Shown in pieces: positions 63,400 through 64,000 of a stretch of DNA of 64,000 bases. Position 1 is the stretch's first letter. Each line of letters begins with the position of its first letter. Both the position numbers and the translations under genes were made by a program. Source of the DNA: Patescibacteria group bacterium (GTDB lineage Bacteria; Patescibacteriota; Dojkabacteria; JAKAPS01; JAJZLI01). The notes under the pieces are model-generated. The model was not told the DNA's origin. It searched no databases and saw only the letters and a program-made list of their open reading frames with translations. The DNA is taken from positions 3,978 through 67,977 of the forward strand of contig JAMCRT010000030.1 of assembly GCA_023380695.1 (NCBI GenBank), given 5' to 3'.

Positions 63400-64000
63400 A
63401 TGGAAAATAAATGGAATAAGAATATATTAAAAAAGAAAAATTTACTAGTTTTAATAGCTATAGGCATATCTACCACATTTATTATCTTTTCGGTAAAAGT
63501 ATCGTTTGCGAAAGAAGTGCCTCCATGGTTAAGAGGCTATCCGTTAAATTTATATGTGCAAAGCATAGTTAATGGTAGTGGAAGCGGAGGGGTTGGCGTA
63601 ATTACAGGAAATGGGGGAACGGGGGCTCCTCCAAGTTCATGCAATAAGGCATTATTTACAAATGGAGGTAATTGTCATTTGTCTAAGGGGTTACTAACTT
63701 TATATGGAAAAGTTGGAAGTTTAATGAAGATACCTCCAGCTTTTCTTGCGGCTGAAAAACATCAGGAATCTGGGGCCAATTGTCTTTTTAATGAAACAAA
63801 TAGTGGAAACACTACAGCAAATGCAATTTCTCTTATGTCTATTATTGATCATAGCCTTAATTATCACTCTACTGGGCCATATCAATTTGAGCCTGCTACG
63901 TGGAGTGGATATGCTACTCAGACATGGAGTATTATAAAACAAAATTTTCCATATGCTATATCTGCTGGAGAGAGTCAGAATATTTTATTAGATTCTATGA
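63400..64000 (+). CDS. Secreted lytic transglycosylase/lysozyme-like protein (partial)
   Basis: Not in the ORF track; hand-translated: signal peptide, IPPAFLAAEKHQESG, TGPYQFEPATWSGY. Confidence 0.7.
   Translation, partial: MENKWNKNILKKKNLLVLIAIGISTTFIIFSVKVSFAKEVPPWLRGYPLNLYVQSIVNGSGSGGVGVITGNGGTGAPPSSCNKALFTNGGNCHLSKGLLTLYGKVGSLMKIPPAFLAAEKHQESGANCLFNETNSGNTTANAISLMSIIDHSLNYHSTGPYQFEPATWSGYATQTWSIIKQNFPYAISAGESQNILLDSM

Noticed and set aside
1-64000. CRISPR array, rRNA, tRNA, prophage, reverse transcriptase/DGR
   Set aside because: None recognised by eye; not excluded without tRNAscan, Infernal or HMM searches.

Overview
AT-rich bacterial chromosome segment whose gene content suggests a Patescibacteria/CPR organism (inference). 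It spans the likely replication origin (dnaA-dnaN, DnaA boxes, visible strand-composition switch). It carries two T4SS-like loci: VirB4/PrgI at the left edge, and VirB6-like, giant membrane protein, M23-like and lytic transglycosylase genes at the right. It also has a type IV pilus locus plus three major-type pilins, pentose-phosphate genes (zwf, pgi, gnd, tal, rpiB, rpe), NDH-2, hrcA-grpE-dnaK with a variant CIRCE, rpmH-rnpA-yidC, trxA-trmD, several toxin-antitoxin modules and gene remnants. The most unusual signal is three unrelated, perfect 23-30 bp inverted-repeat pairs (33811-33833/34041-34063, 45579-45608/45753-45782, 56073-56100/57806-57833). In each, the right-hand arm appears to have overwritten coding sequence without shifting the frame. 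This puts in-frame TAA stops in transaldolase and in a ~1480-codon membrane-protein gene, and alters a stretch of DnaN. It could be biological template switching, or a library, assembly or editing artefact; reads are needed to decide. All calls come from reading the sequence by eye; no searches were run, and more repeat pairs may have been missed.
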